A stretch of DNA of 64,000 nucleotides from Synechococcus sp. (GCA_047285305.1 JBJBDL010000003.1:1088001-1152000); one strand, 5' to 3'; shown: positions 1 to 14,961, counted from the stretch's first letter. Made by a program: numbers and translations. The notes: generated by a model not told the origin, from the sequence alone.

Positions 1-821
1 TTGATCAGCTGACGTGGCCCGAGGCCAGCCATGCTGCCAGCCAACCTGGTGCCACGGTGATCTGGCCGTTTGGAGCCTGTGAGCAACACGGTCCCCAACT
101 GCCGCTTTCGACGGATGCTGTTTTTGCTGAGGGCATCCTCGATTCAGTGATGCGCGGGCTTGAGCCAGCTCTGCCGATTTGGCGACTGCCGTGTCAGGCC
201 ATCGGCTTTTCGCCTGAGCACCAGAACTTTCCTGGCACCCTCAGCCTTTCAGCTCCTCTACTTCTGGATTTGGTCGACCAGGTGGGCACTCAGCTGGCGG
301 CGATGGGGGTGCAGCGCCTGGTTCTGTTCAACGCCCATGGCGGCCAGATCGGTTTGCTGCAGGTGGCAGCCCGACAGCTGCGCGTTCGCTGCCCATCGTT
401 GGCCGTTCTGCCCTGCTTCCTCTGGAGTGGTGTGGAGGGGGTGGCTGATTTGTTGCCCGAGCAGGAGTTGGTCCATGGACTTCATGCCGGCCAAGCCGAA
501 ACCAGCTTGATGTTGCAGATGGCCCCAGAGCTGGTCGGATCCGCCCGCCCGGTGGATGGACGTCCAGCACCGGGCTCCGCCCAGGACCCTCCAGCGGGCT
601 GGAGTCTGGAAGGGGCGGCGCCTTGCGCTTGGCTCACCGACGACCTCAGCGCGACGGGAGTGATCGGGGATGCGCGCCAGGCCTCCGCTGATCTGGGACG
701 TTGCCTGGAAGATCGCTTGATCAACCACTGGCAGGAGCGTTTTCAAGCCCTTTTGGCCAGTGACTGGCCACCCACGCAAAGTCTTCTCACCAAACCGTCC
801 AACATCACGCCAAAGTCCTGA
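1..821 (+). CDS. Creatininase/mycofactocin peptidase-family protein (5' truncated by window edge)
   Basis: Frame open from base 3 (DQLTWPEAS...); motifs [33 protein letters not shown]. Confidence 0.85.
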   Translation, partial: DQLTWPEASHAASQPGATVIWPFGACEQHGPQLPLSTDAVFAEGILDSVMRGLEPALPIWRLPCQAIGFSPEHQNFPGTLSLSAPLLLDLVDQVGTQLAAMGVQRLVLFNAHGGQIGLLQVAARQLRVRCPSLAVLPCFLWSGVEGVADLLPEQELVHGLHAGQAETSLMLQMAPELVGSARPVDGRPAPGSAQDPPAGWSLEGAAPCAWLTDDLSATGVIGDARQASADLGRCLEDRLINHWQERFQALLASDWPPTQSLLTKPSNITPKS

Positions 822-897
822 ACCTTGGACGCATGTGTCACCAACTCTTGGGGCACTGGTTATTGTCAGTCCCACTAAACGTGGTGGACAGCGTCCT

Positions 898-1617
898 ATG
901 ACGACCCTCAATGCACCTGAAGCACCCGTGCTGGAGGGCCAGGACGCACTTCCCGATTTCACAACCGAGGCCTACAAAGACGCCTACAGCCGGATCAACG
1001 CCATCGTGATCGAGGGCGAACAGGAAGCACATGACAACTACATTTCCTTGGGCACGCTGATCCCCGAGCAGGCCGATGAGCTCAAGCGTCTGGCGCGGAT
1101 GGAAATGAAGCACATGAAGGGCTTCACTTCCTGTGGGCGCAACCTCGGGGTTGAAGCCGATCTTCCCTTCGCCAAGAAGTTTTTCGAACCCCTTCACAGC
1201 AATTTTCAGGCCGCTCTCAAGGAGGGCAAGGTGGTCACCTGTCTGCTGATCCAGGCCCTGCTGATCGAAGCATTTGCCATTTCGGCTTATCACATTTACA
1301 TCCCTGTGGCCGATCCCTTCGCCCGCAAAATCACAGAGGGTGTGGTTAAGGACGAATACACCCACCTCAACTATGGCCAGGAATGGCTGAAGGCCAACTT
1401 CGAGGCCAGCAAGGACGAACTCTTCGAGGCCAACAAAGCCAATCTTCCCCTCATCCGCTCGATGCTGGAAGACGTGGCTGCTGATGCTGCCGTCCTTCAC
1501 ATGGAGAAGGAAGACCTGATCGAAGACTTTCTGATCGCTTACCAGGAAGCTTTGGGTGAAATCGGCTTCACCTCCCGCGACATTGCCCGTATGGCCGCAG
1601 CAGCGCTTGCTGTTTGA
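898..1617 (+). CDS. ado: Aldehyde-deformylating oxygenase (alkane synthesis)
   Basis: [23 protein letters not shown] and ExxH di-iron motifs; adjacent to aar; ATG at 898 chosen within ORF 760..1617. Confidence 0.97.
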   Translation: MTTLNAPEAPVLEGQDALPDFTTEAYKDAYSRINAIVIEGEQEAHDNYISLGTLIPEQADELKRLARMEMKHMKGFTSCGRNLGVEADLPFAKKFFEPLHSNFQAALKEGKVVTCLLIQALLIEAFAISAYHIYIPVADPFARKITEGVVKDEYTHLNYGQEWLKANFEASKDELFEANKANLPLIRSMLEDVAADAAVLHMEKEDLIEDFLIAYQEALGEIGFTSRDIARMAAAALAV

Positions 1618-1731
1618 ACCGTTTCAGGGCCTGAGCCAACGCCGGTTTATCGACAGGCACGTTGCCGTCGATACCGGTTGCCATGGGAGCATGGTTGTTC
1701 GAGGTGTTCTTTGAGAAGTCAGCGGTAAGAC

Positions 1732-2772
1732 ATGTTTGGTCTGATCGGACATTCAACGAGTTTTGAGGCCGCTCGCCGCAAGGCGATGGAACTCGGGTTC
1801 GATCACATCGCCGATGGTGATCTGGATGTGTGGTGCAGTGCACCTCCGCAGCTCGTTGAGCATGTGGAAGTCACCAGTCCCGTGGGCACGACCATCGAGG
1901 GTGCCTACATCGACTCCTGCTTCGTGCCCGAGATGCTGAGCCGCTTCAAAACGGCCAGACGCAAGGTTCTCAACGCCATGGAACTCGCCCAGAAGAAGGG
2001 CATCAACATCACTGCGCTCGGTGGCTTCACCTCAATAATTTTTGAGAATTTCAACCTGCTCCAGCACCAGACGGTGCGGAGCACCACCCTGGATTGGAAG
2101 CGGTTCACCACCGGAAACACTCACACAGCCTGGGTGATCTGCCGTCAGGTGGAGAACAATGCTCCAAGTCTCGGGATCGATCTCAGCAAAGCCAAGGTGG
2201 CCGTAGTCGGTGCCACTGGTGATATCGGCTCTGCCGTCTGTCGTTGGCTGCAGGCGCGCACTGGAGTCGGTGAGCTTTTGCTGGTGGCGCGTCAGCAGAA
2301 ACCGCTGCTTGATCTTCAGCAGGAACTGGGCGGTGGACGAATTTTGTCGCTCGATGAGGCTCTGCCTGAGGCCGATGTGGTCGTCTGGGTGGCGAGCATG
2401 CCCCGCACCCTTGAGATCGACCAAGACAGCCTCACGAAGCCCTGTCTGATGATTGATGGGGGTTATCCCAAGAATCTCGATACGAAGGTCGCCGGTGGTG
2501 GCATCCACGTTCTCAAGGGTGGAATCGTTGAGTTCTGCCGCGACATCGGTTGGTCGATGATGGCCATCGCCGAGATGGAGCGGCCGCAGCGCCAGATGTT
2601 TGCCTGCTTTGCTGAAGCCATGCTGCTCGAGTTTGAGCGCTGCCACACCAACTTCAGCTGGGGGCGCAACAACATCACCCTCGAGAAGATGGATTTCATC
2701 GGTGCGGCATCGGTGCGCCATGGGTTCAGCACTTTGAACCTTCAAACCAACCTGCAGGCCACTGCTGCCTGA
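1732..2772 (+). CDS. aar: Long-chain acyl-ACP reductase
   Basis: [10 protein letters not shown] start, [22 protein letters not shown]; follows ado. Confidence 0.97.
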   Translation: MFGLIGHSTSFEAARRKAMELGFDHIADGDLDVWCSAPPQLVEHVEVTSPVGTTIEGAYIDSCFVPEMLSRFKTARRKVLNAMELAQKKGINITALGGFTSIIFENFNLLQHQTVRSTTLDWKRFTTGNTHTAWVICRQVENNAPSLGIDLSKAKVAVVGATGDIGSAVCRWLQARTGVGELLLVARQQKPLLDLQQELGGGRILSLDEALPEADVVVWVASMPRTLEIDQDSLTKPCLMIDGGYPKNLDTKVAGGGIHVLKGGIVEFCRDIGWSMMAIAEMERPQRQMFACFAEAMLLEFERCHTNFSWGRNNITLEKMDFIGAASVRHGFSTLNLQTNLQATAA

Positions 2773-2791
2773 CCTTCGAAGAGCCAGAGCC

Positions 2792-3781
2792 ATGCCCCGT
2801 CGCCCCCTGCTTGAGTTCGAAAAACCGCTCGTCGAGCTTGAGCAGCAGATTGAGCAGATCCGTCAGCTGGCGAGAGATTCGGAAGTCGACGTCACACAGC
2901 AGCTCCAGCAACTGGAAAGCCTCGCGGCCCGTCGGCGTCAGGAGATCTTTCAGGGGCTAACTCCCGCTCAGAAAATTCAGGTCGCCCGTCATCCGCAGCG
3001 TCCGAGCACGCTGGATTTCATCCAGATGTTCTGTGACGACTGGGTCGAACTGCACGGTGATCGTCGCGGTAACGACGATCAGGCCTTAATCGGCGGTGTT
3101 GGCCGGGTGGGCGATCGACCCGTGATGTTGATCGGCCATCAGAAAGGCCGCGACACCAAAGAGAACGTCGCCCGCAATTTCGGGATGGCGGCTCCGGGTG
3201 GATATCGCAAAGCCATGCGGTTAATGGATCATGCCGATCGCTTCCGCTTGCCGATTCTCACGTTCATCGATACCCCCGGGGCCTATGCCGGCCTTGAGGC
3301 CGAAGAGCAGGGCCAGGGTGAAGCGATCGCCGTCAACCTGAGGGAGATGTTCCGCTTGCGCGTTCCGGTGATTGCCACCGTGATAGGTGAAGGCGGATCC
3401 GGCGGTGCCTTGGGCATCGGGGTGGCCGATCGCTTGCTGATGTTCGAGCACAGCGTCTACACGGTGGCCAGCCCGGAGGCATGCGCCTCCATCCTCTGGC
3501 GTGATGCGGCCAAAGCTCCTGATGCGGCGGCAGCCTTACGGATCACCGGCAGGGACCTGCTGGAGCTTGGGGTGGTGGATGAGGTTCTCGAGGAGCCTTC
3601 CGGTGGCAACAACTGGTCACCATTGGAGGCTGGAGAAAACCTACGGGCGGCGATCGAGCATCATCTGGACCAACTGATGAGCCTTTCGGAACAGCAACTG
3701 CGCGAGGCCCGTTACTCCAAATTCAGGGCCATGGGGCGGTTTCTCGAAAAAACGTCACAGGATGTCGACAAAGCCGCTTAA
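2792..3781 (+). CDS. accA: Acetyl-CoA carboxylase carboxyltransferase alpha subunit
   Basis: [34 protein letters not shown]. Confidence 0.97.
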   Translation: MPRRPLLEFEKPLVELEQQIEQIRQLARDSEVDVTQQLQQLESLAARRRQEIFQGLTPAQKIQVARHPQRPSTLDFIQMFCDDWVELHGDRRGNDDQALIGGVGRVGDRPVMLIGHQKGRDTKENVARNFGMAAPGGYRKAMRLMDHADRFRLPILTFIDTPGAYAGLEAEEQGQGEAIAVNLREMFRLRVPVIATVIGEGGSGGALGIGVADRLLMFEHSVYTVASPEACASILWRDAAKAPDAAAALRITGRDLLELGVVDEVLEEPSGGNNWSPLEAGENLRAAIEHHLDQLMSLSEQQLREARYSKFRAMGRFLEKTSQDVDKAA

Positions 3782-3805
3782 AGTGTCGCGGTTTGCTAAC
3801 GGTTT

Positions 3806-4513
3806 TTGCCAACGGCTCTAATCACAGGTGCGAGCCGAGGCATAGGTCGCCGAACTGCTGAGCTTCTGGCTCATCAAGGATGGGATTTGCTGCTCACCGC
3901 CCGCAGCGCTGATCAACTGGAGCAGCTGAGTGCTCAGCTCAGCCACAAAGGTGTTTCTGTGGCCTATGCCGCCATCGACCTGACTCAATCTGATGGCATC
4001 GCAGCTGCGATTGCTGGCTTGTTGCAGCAGGGTGAGACCCCTTCAGTGTTGATCAACAACGCGGGTGCGGCCTACACCGGCGATCTATTGGCCATGCCGA
4101 TCGAGCGTTGGCAATGGCTGCTACAGCTGAATGTCACCAGCGTGATGCAGGTTTGTTCTGCTGTTGTTCCCGCCATGCGTGAGAACGGTGGACTGGTGAT
4201 CAACATCAGCAGCCACGCCGCCCGCAATGCCTTCCCTCAATGGGGGGCGTATTGCGTTAGCAAAGCTGCATTGGCCAGCTTCACCCGCTGCCTTGTGGAA
4301 GAGGAACGGAGCAACGGCATTCGTGCCTGCACCCTCACTCTTGGGGCCGTGAACACACCACTGTGGGACGCGGAAACCGTACAAAGCGATTTCGATCGTC
4401 GTGCCATGCTCTCTGTCGATCAGGCGGCAGAAACACTGGCGAATCTGGCGATGCAACCCAGCAACCAGTGGATCGAAGACCTCACCCTTATGCCGGCCGC
4501 CGGCGCCTTCTGA
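3806..4513 (+). CDS. SDR family oxidoreductase
   Basis: ITGASRGIG, NNAG, YCVSK (YxxxK). Confidence 0.92.
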   Translation: MPTALITGASRGIGRRTAELLAHQGWDLLLTARSADQLEQLSAQLSHKGVSVAYAAIDLTQSDGIAAAIAGLLQQGETPSVLINNAGAAYTGDLLAMPIERWQWLLQLNVTSVMQVCSAVVPAMRENGGLVINISSHAARNAFPQWGAYCVSKAALASFTRCLVEEERSNGIRACTLTLGAVNTPLWDAETVQSDFDRRAMLSVDQAAETLANLAMQPSNQWIEDLTLMPAAGAF

Positions 4514-4522
4514 ACGAACACC

Positions 4523-5272
4523 ATGACCTCCACAGTCCCTTTCGTTTCCAACGGCGTCGCCAACGGCAACGGCAATGGCAGCTTGAATCCCCAGGTTTCA
4601 GTGCGCATCCGTGAGCGCCTGAGGGAAGCGGGTGCTTCCTTTCTGGCGAACGACAACATCGCTGATCACCTCCAGCCTGGTGAGCTGGATCAGCTTCAGG
4701 TTGAAGTTGCAGACAAGGTTCGCGACCTGCTGCGCAGCCTGGTGATCGATATCGATAACGACCACAACACCCATGAGACGGCGGAGCGCGTCGCCAAGAT
4801 GTATCTCCAGGAGGTGTTCAAGGGGCGCTACCACCAGCAGCCCAAGGTGGCCAGCTTCCCCAATGTGAAACGGCTTGATGAGATCTACACCGTTGGCCCG
4901 ATCACGGTTCGTTCCGCCTGTTCTCACCACCTTGTGCCGATCATGGGCAACTGCTGGATCGGTATCAAACCTGGTGCCCGGGTGATCGGCCTCTCCAAAT
5001 TCACCCGTGTGGCTGATTGGGTCTTCTCGCGTCCTCACATCCAGGAAGAGGCTGTGATGATCCTTGCCGACGAAATCGAGAAGCTCTGTGAGCCCCAGGG
5101 TCTCGGCATCATCATCAAGGCGCAGCACTACTGCATGAAGTGGCGTGGGGTGAAGGAGCCCCAAACCAGCATGGTGAATTCCGTGGTGCGCGGCGATTTC
5201 CGCCACGACCCCAGCCTCAAGCAGGAGTTCTTTGAGCTTGTGCGTCAGCAGGAAGCGCTGCTCAGCACCTGA
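4523..5272 (+). CDS. folE: GTP cyclohydrolase I
   Basis: ETAERVAKMY, SACSHHLVP, IGLSK, HYCMKWRG. Confidence 0.95.
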   Translation: MTSTVPFVSNGVANGNGNGSLNPQVSVRIRERLREAGASFLANDNIADHLQPGELDQLQVEVADKVRDLLRSLVIDIDNDHNTHETAERVAKMYLQEVFKGRYHQQPKVASFPNVKRLDEIYTVGPITVRSACSHHLVPIMGNCWIGIKPGARVIGLSKFTRVADWVFSRPHIQEEAVMILADEIEKLCEPQGLGIIIKAQHYCMKWRGVKEPQTSMVNSVVRGDFRHDPSLKQEFFELVRQQEALLST

Positions 5273-5308
5273 TCAGCTGCGATTCAACGCTGTTTCACGG
5301 CCCAAAGT

Positions 5309-5983
5309 TCACTGCTTTGACTTCACGGCCTCGACGAGGGCTTGAACCTTGTCGAGGTTTTTCCATCCCGGTCGTTCCTCCAGCCGACTGGAGGCATCGA
5401 GCCCCTGAGGCGTGACGCGACTGAGCAGTTCTGGAACCCACTCCGCACTCACTCCTCCTGCCAGCCACCACGGCACTGACAGCTCGGTTTCAGCCAGCCA
5501 ATCAAGAGGGATCCGGTGACCGGTGCCGCCCAGTTGATCCGCGCTCCAGGCATCGAGCAGCAGAGCATCCATATGGGGCGCATATTGCTCGAGCTGGTTG
5601 AGATCTTCGGGTTCACGCACCCGCAACGCTTTCCACCACTGCTGCCGGGGGTAGCGCTGTTTTAAACGTTGGCAGCGTTCGTCTGACTCGCTGCCGTGCA
5701 GCTGCACCACGGAGGGCTGCCCTGCACCGTTGAGCGCTTCCTCGAGGGCGGCATCGTCGGGGTCGGCCACCACCCAAACTCGATGCAGTTGGGGGTGCTG
5801 TTGTTCCAGCAGCCGGAACAAGACCCTGCGCTGGGCTGGTTCTACAAAGCGTGGGGTGGCAGGAACGCCGATCACGCCAATCGCCTGCACGCCCATCTGT
5901 GCGATGGCTTGAGCCTGCTCGGGGTCGGTGATCCCACAGATCTTGAGCTCTGGAGTGGGGCGGGGATCACGCAAGGGCTGCAT
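5309..5983 (-). CDS. trpF: Phosphoribosylanthranilate isomerase
   Basis: LKICGIT, VQLHGSE, LLLDA, GGTG, LAGG, LDASS; the real gene is the C-terminal part of ORF 5309..6982, ATG 5983. Confidence 0.92.
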   Translation of the reverse strand: MQPLRDPRPTPELKICGITDPEQAQAIAQMGVQAIGVIGVPATPRFVEPAQRRVLFRLLEQQHPQLHRVWVVADPDDAALEEALNGAGQPSVVQLHGSESDERCQRLKQRYPRQQWWKALRVREPEDLNQLEQYAPHMDALLLDAWSADQLGGTGHRIPLDWLAETELSVPWWLAGGVSAEWVPELLSRVTPQGLDASSRLEERPGWKNLDKVQALVEAVKSKQ

Positions 5984-6046
5984 GGGGTTGCTCTCCCTAG
6001 GATCGTGGATGACAGCCCGCAGCAGCGGCACACGACGGGATTGGCG

Positions 6047-7297
6047 GTGGGAGAGGGCTGGCAGGTGCTCAAGATTGGCGGAATTCCCCTGCGGCTCCAG
6101 CCCAGCTGGTTGTTTGCCGTGGCGATCTTCACCACGTTGTTTCAGTCCCGCTACGCGACCACGGCCTCGGTAACGGTGAGTTGGGGGTTGGGATTGCTGA
6201 CCACCTTGTTGCTGTTCAGCTCCGTGCTGCTGCATGAATTGGGCCATGCCCTGATGGCCCTGCGAGAAGGGGTGAAGGTGTTGAGCATCACCCTGTTTCA
6301 TCTGGGCGGCATCGCGCGGGTGGAGAAGGAATGCCCCACCGCCTTGGGCAATCTGCGCATTGCGGCTGCTGGCCCGATCGTGAGTTTGGTTCTGGCCTTC
6401 GGGATGTTGGCGGGGGCTGCAGCGCTGTCGGATACCCAGCCCATGGCCACACAGTTGTTGAGCCAGGTGGGTTTGCTCAACTTGATGCTCGGCTTGTTCA
6501 ATCTCTTGCCCGGGCTGCCCCTCGATGGCGGGCTGATCCTCAAGGCCTTGGTCTGGCAGCTGAGCGGCAGTCAGCAGAAAGGCGTTCAGGTGGCATCGGC
6601 GTCCGGACGCGCGTTGTCGATGCTGATGATCCTGTTGGGCGGTGTTCTGCTTTGGCAGGGCTGGGGGCTCAACGGCCTCCTGCTGATGTTGATCGGTTGG
6701 TTCGGCTTGAGTGCCAACCGCAGTCAAACCCAGATGCTGCAGTTGCAGACGGTGCTGCGGGAGTTGAAGGTGGAGGCTGCGGCAGGCAAACGTTTCCGCG
6801 TGCTGGAGGCGGATCAGACCTTGCGGCGCCTCAGTCAGCTCCGGCTGTCCGCCAGCGAGGCGGGGGGACCTGCCGATTGGGTGCTCGTCTGTAAAAGCGG
6901 CCGTTGGGTGGGTTGGATTGATGATCAGCCCTTGAAACTGTTGCCGGTGCAGCAATGGGACCAACAGCGCCTCGAGGATCATCTGAGCCCCCTCACTGAA
7001 CTGCCCTCTATCGCCAGTTCGGCCCCCCTGGTGGAGGCGGTGCCGGCCCTGGAGGCGGCCTCCCAGGGACGCCTGTTGGTGATGAGTGCTGCGGGCCTTC
7101 CTTCCGGCACCCTTGACCGAATGGATGTGGGCGATGCGGTGCTGAAGCGGCTCGGGGTGACCCTGCCCCCCGCGATTCTCGATGAGGCGCGCAAGCGCAA
7201 TGGATACCCCCTGGGTTTGGCGATGCTTCCCCAGATGGTGCAGACGATGCAGGCTCAGAGCGCAGAGCCGGATGCCAGCTCGACCTCCAACTCCTGA
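6047..7297 (+). CDS. Site-2 protease (M50) with degenerate CBS-like C-terminus
   Basis: LLHELGH, AAAGP, NLLPGLPLDGG; GTG start at 6047 inferred. Confidence 0.92.
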   Translation: MGEGWQVLKIGGIPLRLQPSWLFAVAIFTTLFQSRYATTASVTVSWGLGLLTTLLLFSSVLLHELGHALMALREGVKVLSITLFHLGGIARVEKECPTALGNLRIAAAGPIVSLVLAFGMLAGAAALSDTQPMATQLLSQVGLLNLMLGLFNLLPGLPLDGGLILKALVWQLSGSQQKGVQVASASGRALSMLMILLGGVLLWQGWGLNGLLLMLIGWFGLSANRSQTQMLQLQTVLRELKVEAAAGKRFRVLEADQTLRRLSQLRLSASEAGGPADWVLVCKSGRWVGWIDDQPLKLLPVQQWDQQRLEDHLSPLTELPSIASSAPLVEAVPALEAASQGRLLVMSAAGLPSGTLDRMDVGDAVLKRLGVTLPPAILDEARKRNGYPLGLAMLPQMVQTMQAQSAEPDASSTSNS

Positions 7298-7971
7298 ACT
7301 TCGTCAGCCTTCAGGGGCTGCATCTGCCAAGGGCAACGGCTCCAGGATTGAACCAGGCTCTGGCGCAGTCGCTGATCCAGCTCCAGTCGGTTGATCCGGG
7401 CTGGAGCTGCCGCTGGAGCCGCTTCCTCAAACACCTCCTCCCATAGCTCAGCAGGGGGATCCAGCAGGATTTCACCGTGTTGAAGCAGACGACCGTTCTG
7501 CCAGCGCTGGGCGCTACCGACCCGTTTGACGCCGCACGGATCCACCAGGTCGGCCACCGTTGCCGAGGCGAAACAGTTGTTGGCTTCAGCACCCGCAGGA
7601 TCGGAACCGAAGTGCAGCGGTAGCCCGAGATCCTGGAAGCCATCGATCAACCACTGGCAGGCCTGGCGGTAAGCCTCCTGGCGCCGCCGGGGTGCATCCG
7701 GCCAGATCAAGGCATAGGTGAGACCGCCCGCATGAAGCACGGCCCGGCCTCCGCTGGGGCGTCGCACCAGGCTGATGCGGCCGCGGCGGGCCAGACCATT
7801 CCAGTGCCCAGGCCATTGGCGTTGATGGCGTCCCAGCGAGAGCCAGGGCCCACTCCAGCGGTAAAAACGCAGAACCGGACCGTTGCTGCGCTTCAGAAGC
7901 CAGGCATCCAAAGCCATCTGGGTGTGTCCATCCGCTTGCTGGGTGGGGAGCAAACGCCCAGTTGCGGGCAT
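7255..7971 (-). CDS. Lipoate-protein ligase A-family protein
   Basis: QMALDAWLL, LRFYRW, LSLG, VRRPSGGRAVLH, KRVGSAQ, LLQHG; start uncertain. Confidence 0.88.
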   Translation of the reverse strand: MPATGRLLPTQQADGHTQMALDAWLLKRSNGPVLRFYRWSGPWLSLGRHQRQWPGHWNGLARRGRISLVRRPSGGRAVLHAGGLTYALIWPDAPRRRQEAYRQACQWLIDGFQDLGLPLHFGSDPAGAEANNCFASATVADLVDPCGVKRVGSAQRWQNGRLLQHGEILLDPPAELWEEVFEEAAPAAAPARINRLELDQRLRQSLVQSWSRCPWQMQPLKADEVQELEVELASGSAL

Positions 7972-7998
7972 GCTGGAGAAAAGCATCGATCGCACGCC

Positions 7999-8766
7999 AT
8001 GGTGCCCTGGTGGGATGTGCCGATCTTGATCGCCCTGGGCCTGCTGGCGGGGGGCTTGGCCGGGTTGTTGGGGATTGGCGGTGGCTTGATCTTTGCCCCC
8101 CTCCTGCTTTGGCTTGATCTCCCGCCCCATCAGGCCCTGGCTACCAGCAGTTTCGCCATTGTGCCCACGGCTTTGGCAGGCACCATCACACATCTGCGCC
8201 AGGGCCGGCTGCCGACCCGGCCTGGACTCGCCATCGGCTTGGCAGCCTTTGGCTCGGCACTGCTGTTCGGTGGTTTGGCCGGTTTAGCAGCGGGCTGGAT
8301 TCTGCTGGCGATGCAGACGCTGATGTACATCGTGCTGGCGTTCTGCGTTCGCGAGCGGCAGGAGGTGGATGCCAATGATGACGTTGATGACAGCAGCGCT
8401 CCGCAGTTGGCAGGTGTGGGCTGCATCGCCGGCTGGACCGCTGGGATGTTGGGCCTGGGCGGTGGGCTTGTGATGGTGCCCCTGATGAGCGGTCCGATGT
8501 CTGTGCCGATTCATCAGGCCGTGCGGCTCAGCACGGTGGCGGTGCTCTGCTCGGCCAGCGCAGCATCCCTCCAGTTTCTGCATGAAGGACGCGGCGTTCC
8601 TCTGATGGGCCTGCTGCTGGGGGCGGTGGCAGCGATCGCTGCGCAGTGGACGGCCAGCCGTCTCGATCAGTTTGATGCGGCCCTACTGGTGCGCTGTCTG
8701 CGGGGCCTTGCCATCATCCTGGCGATCGACAGCTCCAGGCGGGCCCTGCAGCTTTGGCTGAGCTGA
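7999..8766 (+). CDS. TSUP (TauE/SafE) family membrane transporter
   Basis: Duplicated GLLGIGGG / GMLGLGGG motifs, multiple hydrophobic helices. Confidence 0.88.
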   Translation: MVPWWDVPILIALGLLAGGLAGLLGIGGGLIFAPLLLWLDLPPHQALATSSFAIVPTALAGTITHLRQGRLPTRPGLAIGLAAFGSALLFGGLAGLAAGWILLAMQTLMYIVLAFCVRERQEVDANDDVDDSSAPQLAGVGCIAGWTAGMLGLGGGLVMVPLMSGPMSVPIHQAVRLSTVAVLCSASAASLQFLHEGRGVPLMGLLLGAVAAIAAQWTASRLDQFDAALLVRCLRGLAIILAIDSSRRALQLWLS

Positions 8767-8770
8767 CTGG

Positions 8771-9241
8771 TCAGCTCAACAGGCTCCAAAATCCCGCATC
8801 CAGCTCATAGCCCAGGGCTGCGGCCATCTGGGAGAGGTTGCCCCGCATCGGGCGTCTGAGCTCTCGCTGGCAGAGGTCGTCCAACACCATCAATCGATGC
8901 GTCACCCAGAGCTCCAAGGCTTCCGGGTCAAAACGCAGGCCTTCACTGCGGCTGAAACTGTGGGGCACCACCAGAGCCACATGACGAATCAGGCTGCCTT
9001 GGTCCCGTTCAAGCAAGAGCGGCAGCCAGGGGTAGCGCGCATCGGCCCGCAGGGCCCAGAGTCGAGGCTCGGGGCATTCCGGAAGCTCGCGTGGGTCATC
9101 CTGTGCTCGTGGCCAATCGAAACGAAGCTCGAGCACCGGCCCCTTGCTGAGCAGTGCATCCAGCGGCTGAGTGCCCCAGATCTCCAGCGGCTGTAGATCC
9201 AACGCGCGGATGGCAGGGGCATCGATCAGAACCGGATCCAT
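8771..9241 (-). CDS. CRR6-family NdhI maturation factor
   Basis: DPRELPECPEPRLW..ADARYPWLP..LVVPHSF..GLRFDPEALELW. Confidence 0.8.
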   Translation of the reverse strand: MDPVLIDAPAIRALDLQPLEIWGTQPLDALLSKGPVLELRFDWPRAQDDPRELPECPEPRLWALRADARYPWLPLLLERDQGSLIRHVALVVPHSFSRSEGLRFDPEALELWVTHRLMVLDDLCQRELRRPMRGNLSQMAAALGYELDAGFWSLLS

Positions 9242-9324
9242 GGGCTGGTGTGACAGGCCTTTGCGAATGATGGCCTGCAGCCCGTCCCTCAGAGAAGAAT
9301 GGGACCGTTCGATGCATGGCTCCA

Positions 9325-9429
9325 ATGGAAACCGTTCTGTCTGCACCTGAGGTGTTCATTGCCCTCGTGGTCGCTGCCCATGCCGCTGTTCTGGCCCTGC
9401 GTCTCTCCATCAGCCTTTACGAGGCCTGA
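9325..9429 (+). CDS. psaM: Photosystem I subunit XII
   Basis: Manual translation METVLSAPEVFIALVVAAHAAVLALRLSISLYEA (34 aa, below ORF track cutoff). Confidence 0.92.
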   Translation: METVLSAPEVFIALVVAAHAAVLALRLSISLYEA

Positions 9430-9511
9430 TTAAGGCAGCCCAGATCAACGGGCGTAGAGCTGGTCTTGGCACTGCGAACGGATTGCGTTACAAGCGGATG
9501 TTCGTGCTGAT

Positions 9512-9868
9512 GTGGTGACCGCCGGTCAGGTTCAAAGATCAGTTCCCCGTACGGATGCAGCCAGCATGGCTGCAGCGATTCAGCGGCAGACCGACCAACA
9601 GGAACTGCAGTGCAGCCTTCTCGCCTTGGCGGCCAAGGCGGGTCTTGTTCTATTGGGCTGTGTGAGCTTGATTCGCCTGTCGGTGGCCTACCAGGAACGC
9701 ATGGATCGCCACAGTGAAATCGCGGCGGTCGTGTCGATTGAGTCGGCGAAATTGGAAACGCTGCAACAACGCTTCGACCGTCTGTTCAGCATCGGTGGAG
9801 AGAAGCGTCTGATCAGCGAGCAGGATCAGTGGATCGCCCCCAATCGTCTGCGCGTGATCTGGCGCTGA
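9512..9868 (+). CDS. Conserved cyanobacterial membrane-anchored coiled-coil hypothetical protein
   Basis: Single TM segment, coiled-coil, C-terminal EQDQWIAPNRLRVIW. Confidence 0.7.
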   Translation: MVTAGQVQRSVPRTDAASMAAAIQRQTDQQELQCSLLALAAKAGLVLLGCVSLIRLSVAYQERMDRHSEIAAVVSIESAKLETLQQRFDRLFSIGGEKRLISEQDQWIAPNRLRVIWR

Positions 9869-9877
9869 GATTCGTGA

Positions 9878-10888
<1,011 letters not shown>

Positions 10889-10901
10889 GCTCAGCTTTTC
10901 A

Positions 10902-10938
10902 CAACAAGGCCCCGGTTGCAGCGGCCGGGGCTTTGTTG
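10902..10938. terminator. Putative bidirectional hairpin terminator between convergent por and chlL
   Basis: CAACAAGGCCCCGG...CCGGGGCTTTGTTG 14-bp inverted repeat with one G-U pair. Confidence 0.7.
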
Positions 10939-10951
10939 ATCAAGTCGAGGG

Positions 10952-11905
<954 letters not shown>

Positions 11906-11991
11906 TCACCAAGAAATGAAAGATCGGGCTCTTGCTTGAGTGCAAGAGCAGAATTTCTTTCAATTAAATCAAAAGAAATGAGTGCAAATGC

Positions 11992-13566
11992 TCATGCCTT
12001 GAAGTGGGCTTTTGCGTCATATAGCGTTTCGCTGCTGATCTCCCTGCAGCCCACATCGCGGGCGTAAGACTCCGTGTTTCGTCGCACCTTGCCCCGTACG
12101 AAGAAGGGGATCTTGTTCAGCTCGGCTTCCCCGTCGGCCGTCCAATGCAGAGCGCCATCGCCCTCTCCTGGGGTATCACTCAAGCCTGAACTTTCGGCGG
12201 CGCCGGCACCACCGGCATGGCCCAGGTGGCTCTGGTGGCCATCCACGAATTCGAAATCGTGGCGGAACATGCCGATCAGGTGTTCCTCCAGGCCCATCAT
12301 CAGCGGGTGCACCCAGTCGTCGAAGATCACGTTTGCCCCTTCCCAGCCCATCTGGGGGCTCATTCGGGCGGGCACGTCCTGTACATGCATCGGTGTGCTG
12401 ATCACCGCGCAGGGAATTCCCAGTCGCTTGGCGCTGTGGCGCTCCATCTGGGTTCCCAGTACCAGTTCTGGTGCCGCTTCGGCCATGGCCGCTTCCACCG
12501 CCAGGTAGTCGTCACTGATCAGGGCCTCTAGGCCCAGGGCTTTGGCGGCGGCCCGCACGGGCCGGGCCATCTCTCGGCTGTAGGTGCCCAGCCCAACCAC
12601 CGTAAAACCCAGTTCCTCGCTGCAGATCCGGGCCGCGGCGAGGGCGTGACTGCCGTCGCCAAAGATGAACACCCGCTTGCCAGTGAGGTACGTGGAGTCC
12701 ACGGATTCCGAATACCAGGGCAGGCGTGAGCGCCGGTATCCCTCGTCGGGGGCTGGGGGCTCCATTCCCAGCATTTCGTGCACTTCGACGAGGAAATCGT
12801 GGGTGGCACCCACTCCAATCGGCACCGTTCGGCTGAAGGGCATGCCGAAATTGCGCTCCAGCCAGCTGCAGCTGGATTCAGCCACTTCCGGATAGAGGCA
12901 GACGTTGAAATCGGCATCGGGGATCCGCTGCAGATCCTCCACGCCTGCTCCGAGGGGCGCCACCACACCCACATCGATGCCGTGCAGGGTGAGCAGCTTC
13001 TGTATCTCCAGCACATCGTCCCTGCAGCGGAAGCCCAGCAGGGAGGGGCCCAACAGGTTCACCCGGGGCCGGCGGCCCTGGTGTTGCCATGCCCTGGGGG
13101 CGTGCTGGCTGTTGGCGGGTGCCTGCTCCTTCAGCAGGTTGCGCACCAGTTGATAGAAGGTTTCCGCGGCCCCCCAGTTCTCCTTTTTGCTGTAGGCCGG
13201 CAGCTCCAGACTCACCACCGGCATGGTCAAACCCATGCCCTGGGCAAGGGCACCGGGCTGATCCTGAATCAACTCCGCGGTGCAGCTTTCCCCCACCAGC
13301 AGGGCATCGGGCTGGAAGCGATCCACCGCTTCACGCACATGCCGTTTCACCAGTTCGGCGGTGTCCCCGCCGAGATCCCGGGCCTGAAAGGTGGTGTAAG
13401 TGACGGGCGGACGCTGTCCGCGCCGCTCAATCATCGTGAACAGCAGATCGGCATAGGTGTCCCCCTGGGGGGCATGTAGCACGTAATGAACGCCGCGCAT
13501 TGAGGCGGCGATGCGCATGGCCCCCACATGGGGTGGCCCTTCGTAGGTCCAGAGCGTGAGTTGCAT
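11992..13566 (-). CDS. chlB: DPOR subunit B
   Basis: [27 protein letters not shown]-terminal PCP_red domain ([14 protein letters not shown]). Confidence 0.97.
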   Translation of the reverse strand: MQLTLWTYEGPPHVGAMRIAASMRGVHYVLHAPQGDTYADLLFTMIERRGQRPPVTYTTFQARDLGGDTAELVKRHVREAVDRFQPDALLVGESCTAELIQDQPGALAQGMGLTMPVVSLELPAYSKKENWGAAETFYQLVRNLLKEQAPANSQHAPRAWQHQGRRPRVNLLGPSLLGFRCRDDVLEIQKLLTLHGIDVGVVAPLGAGVEDLQRIPDADFNVCLYPEVAESSCSWLERNFGMPFSRTVPIGVGATHDFLVEVHEMLGMEPPAPDEGYRRSRLPWYSESVDSTYLTGKRVFIFGDGSHALAAARICSEELGFTVVGLGTYSREMARPVRAAAKALGLEALISDDYLAVEAAMAEAAPELVLGTQMERHSAKRLGIPCAVISTPMHVQDVPARMSPQMGWEGANVIFDDWVHPLMMGLEEHLIGMFRHDFEFVDGHQSHLGHAGGAGAAESSGLSDTPGEGDGALHWTADGEAELNKIPFFVRGKVRRNTESYARDVGCREISSETLYDAKAHFKA

Positions 13567-13570
13567 GGGA

Positions 13571-14866
<1,296 letters not shown>

Positions 14867-14961
14867 TCAACCTCTCCAAGCTGCGAATAAATCCGCTGAG
14901 GAGTGGAAATGTCGCTCAAACTCTTTGGGATCGCTCCGGCCAGGCAGGCCCTGGATTGAGC

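Noticed and set aside
4549..4580. CAACGG short tandem repeat in folE
   Set aside because: In-frame Asn-Gly low-complexity N-terminus with no sign of phase variation.
5984..6982. Apparent 330-aa N-terminal extension (fusion) on trpF
   Set aside because: It is the antisense frame of the site-2 protease gene; trpF homology starts near 5983.
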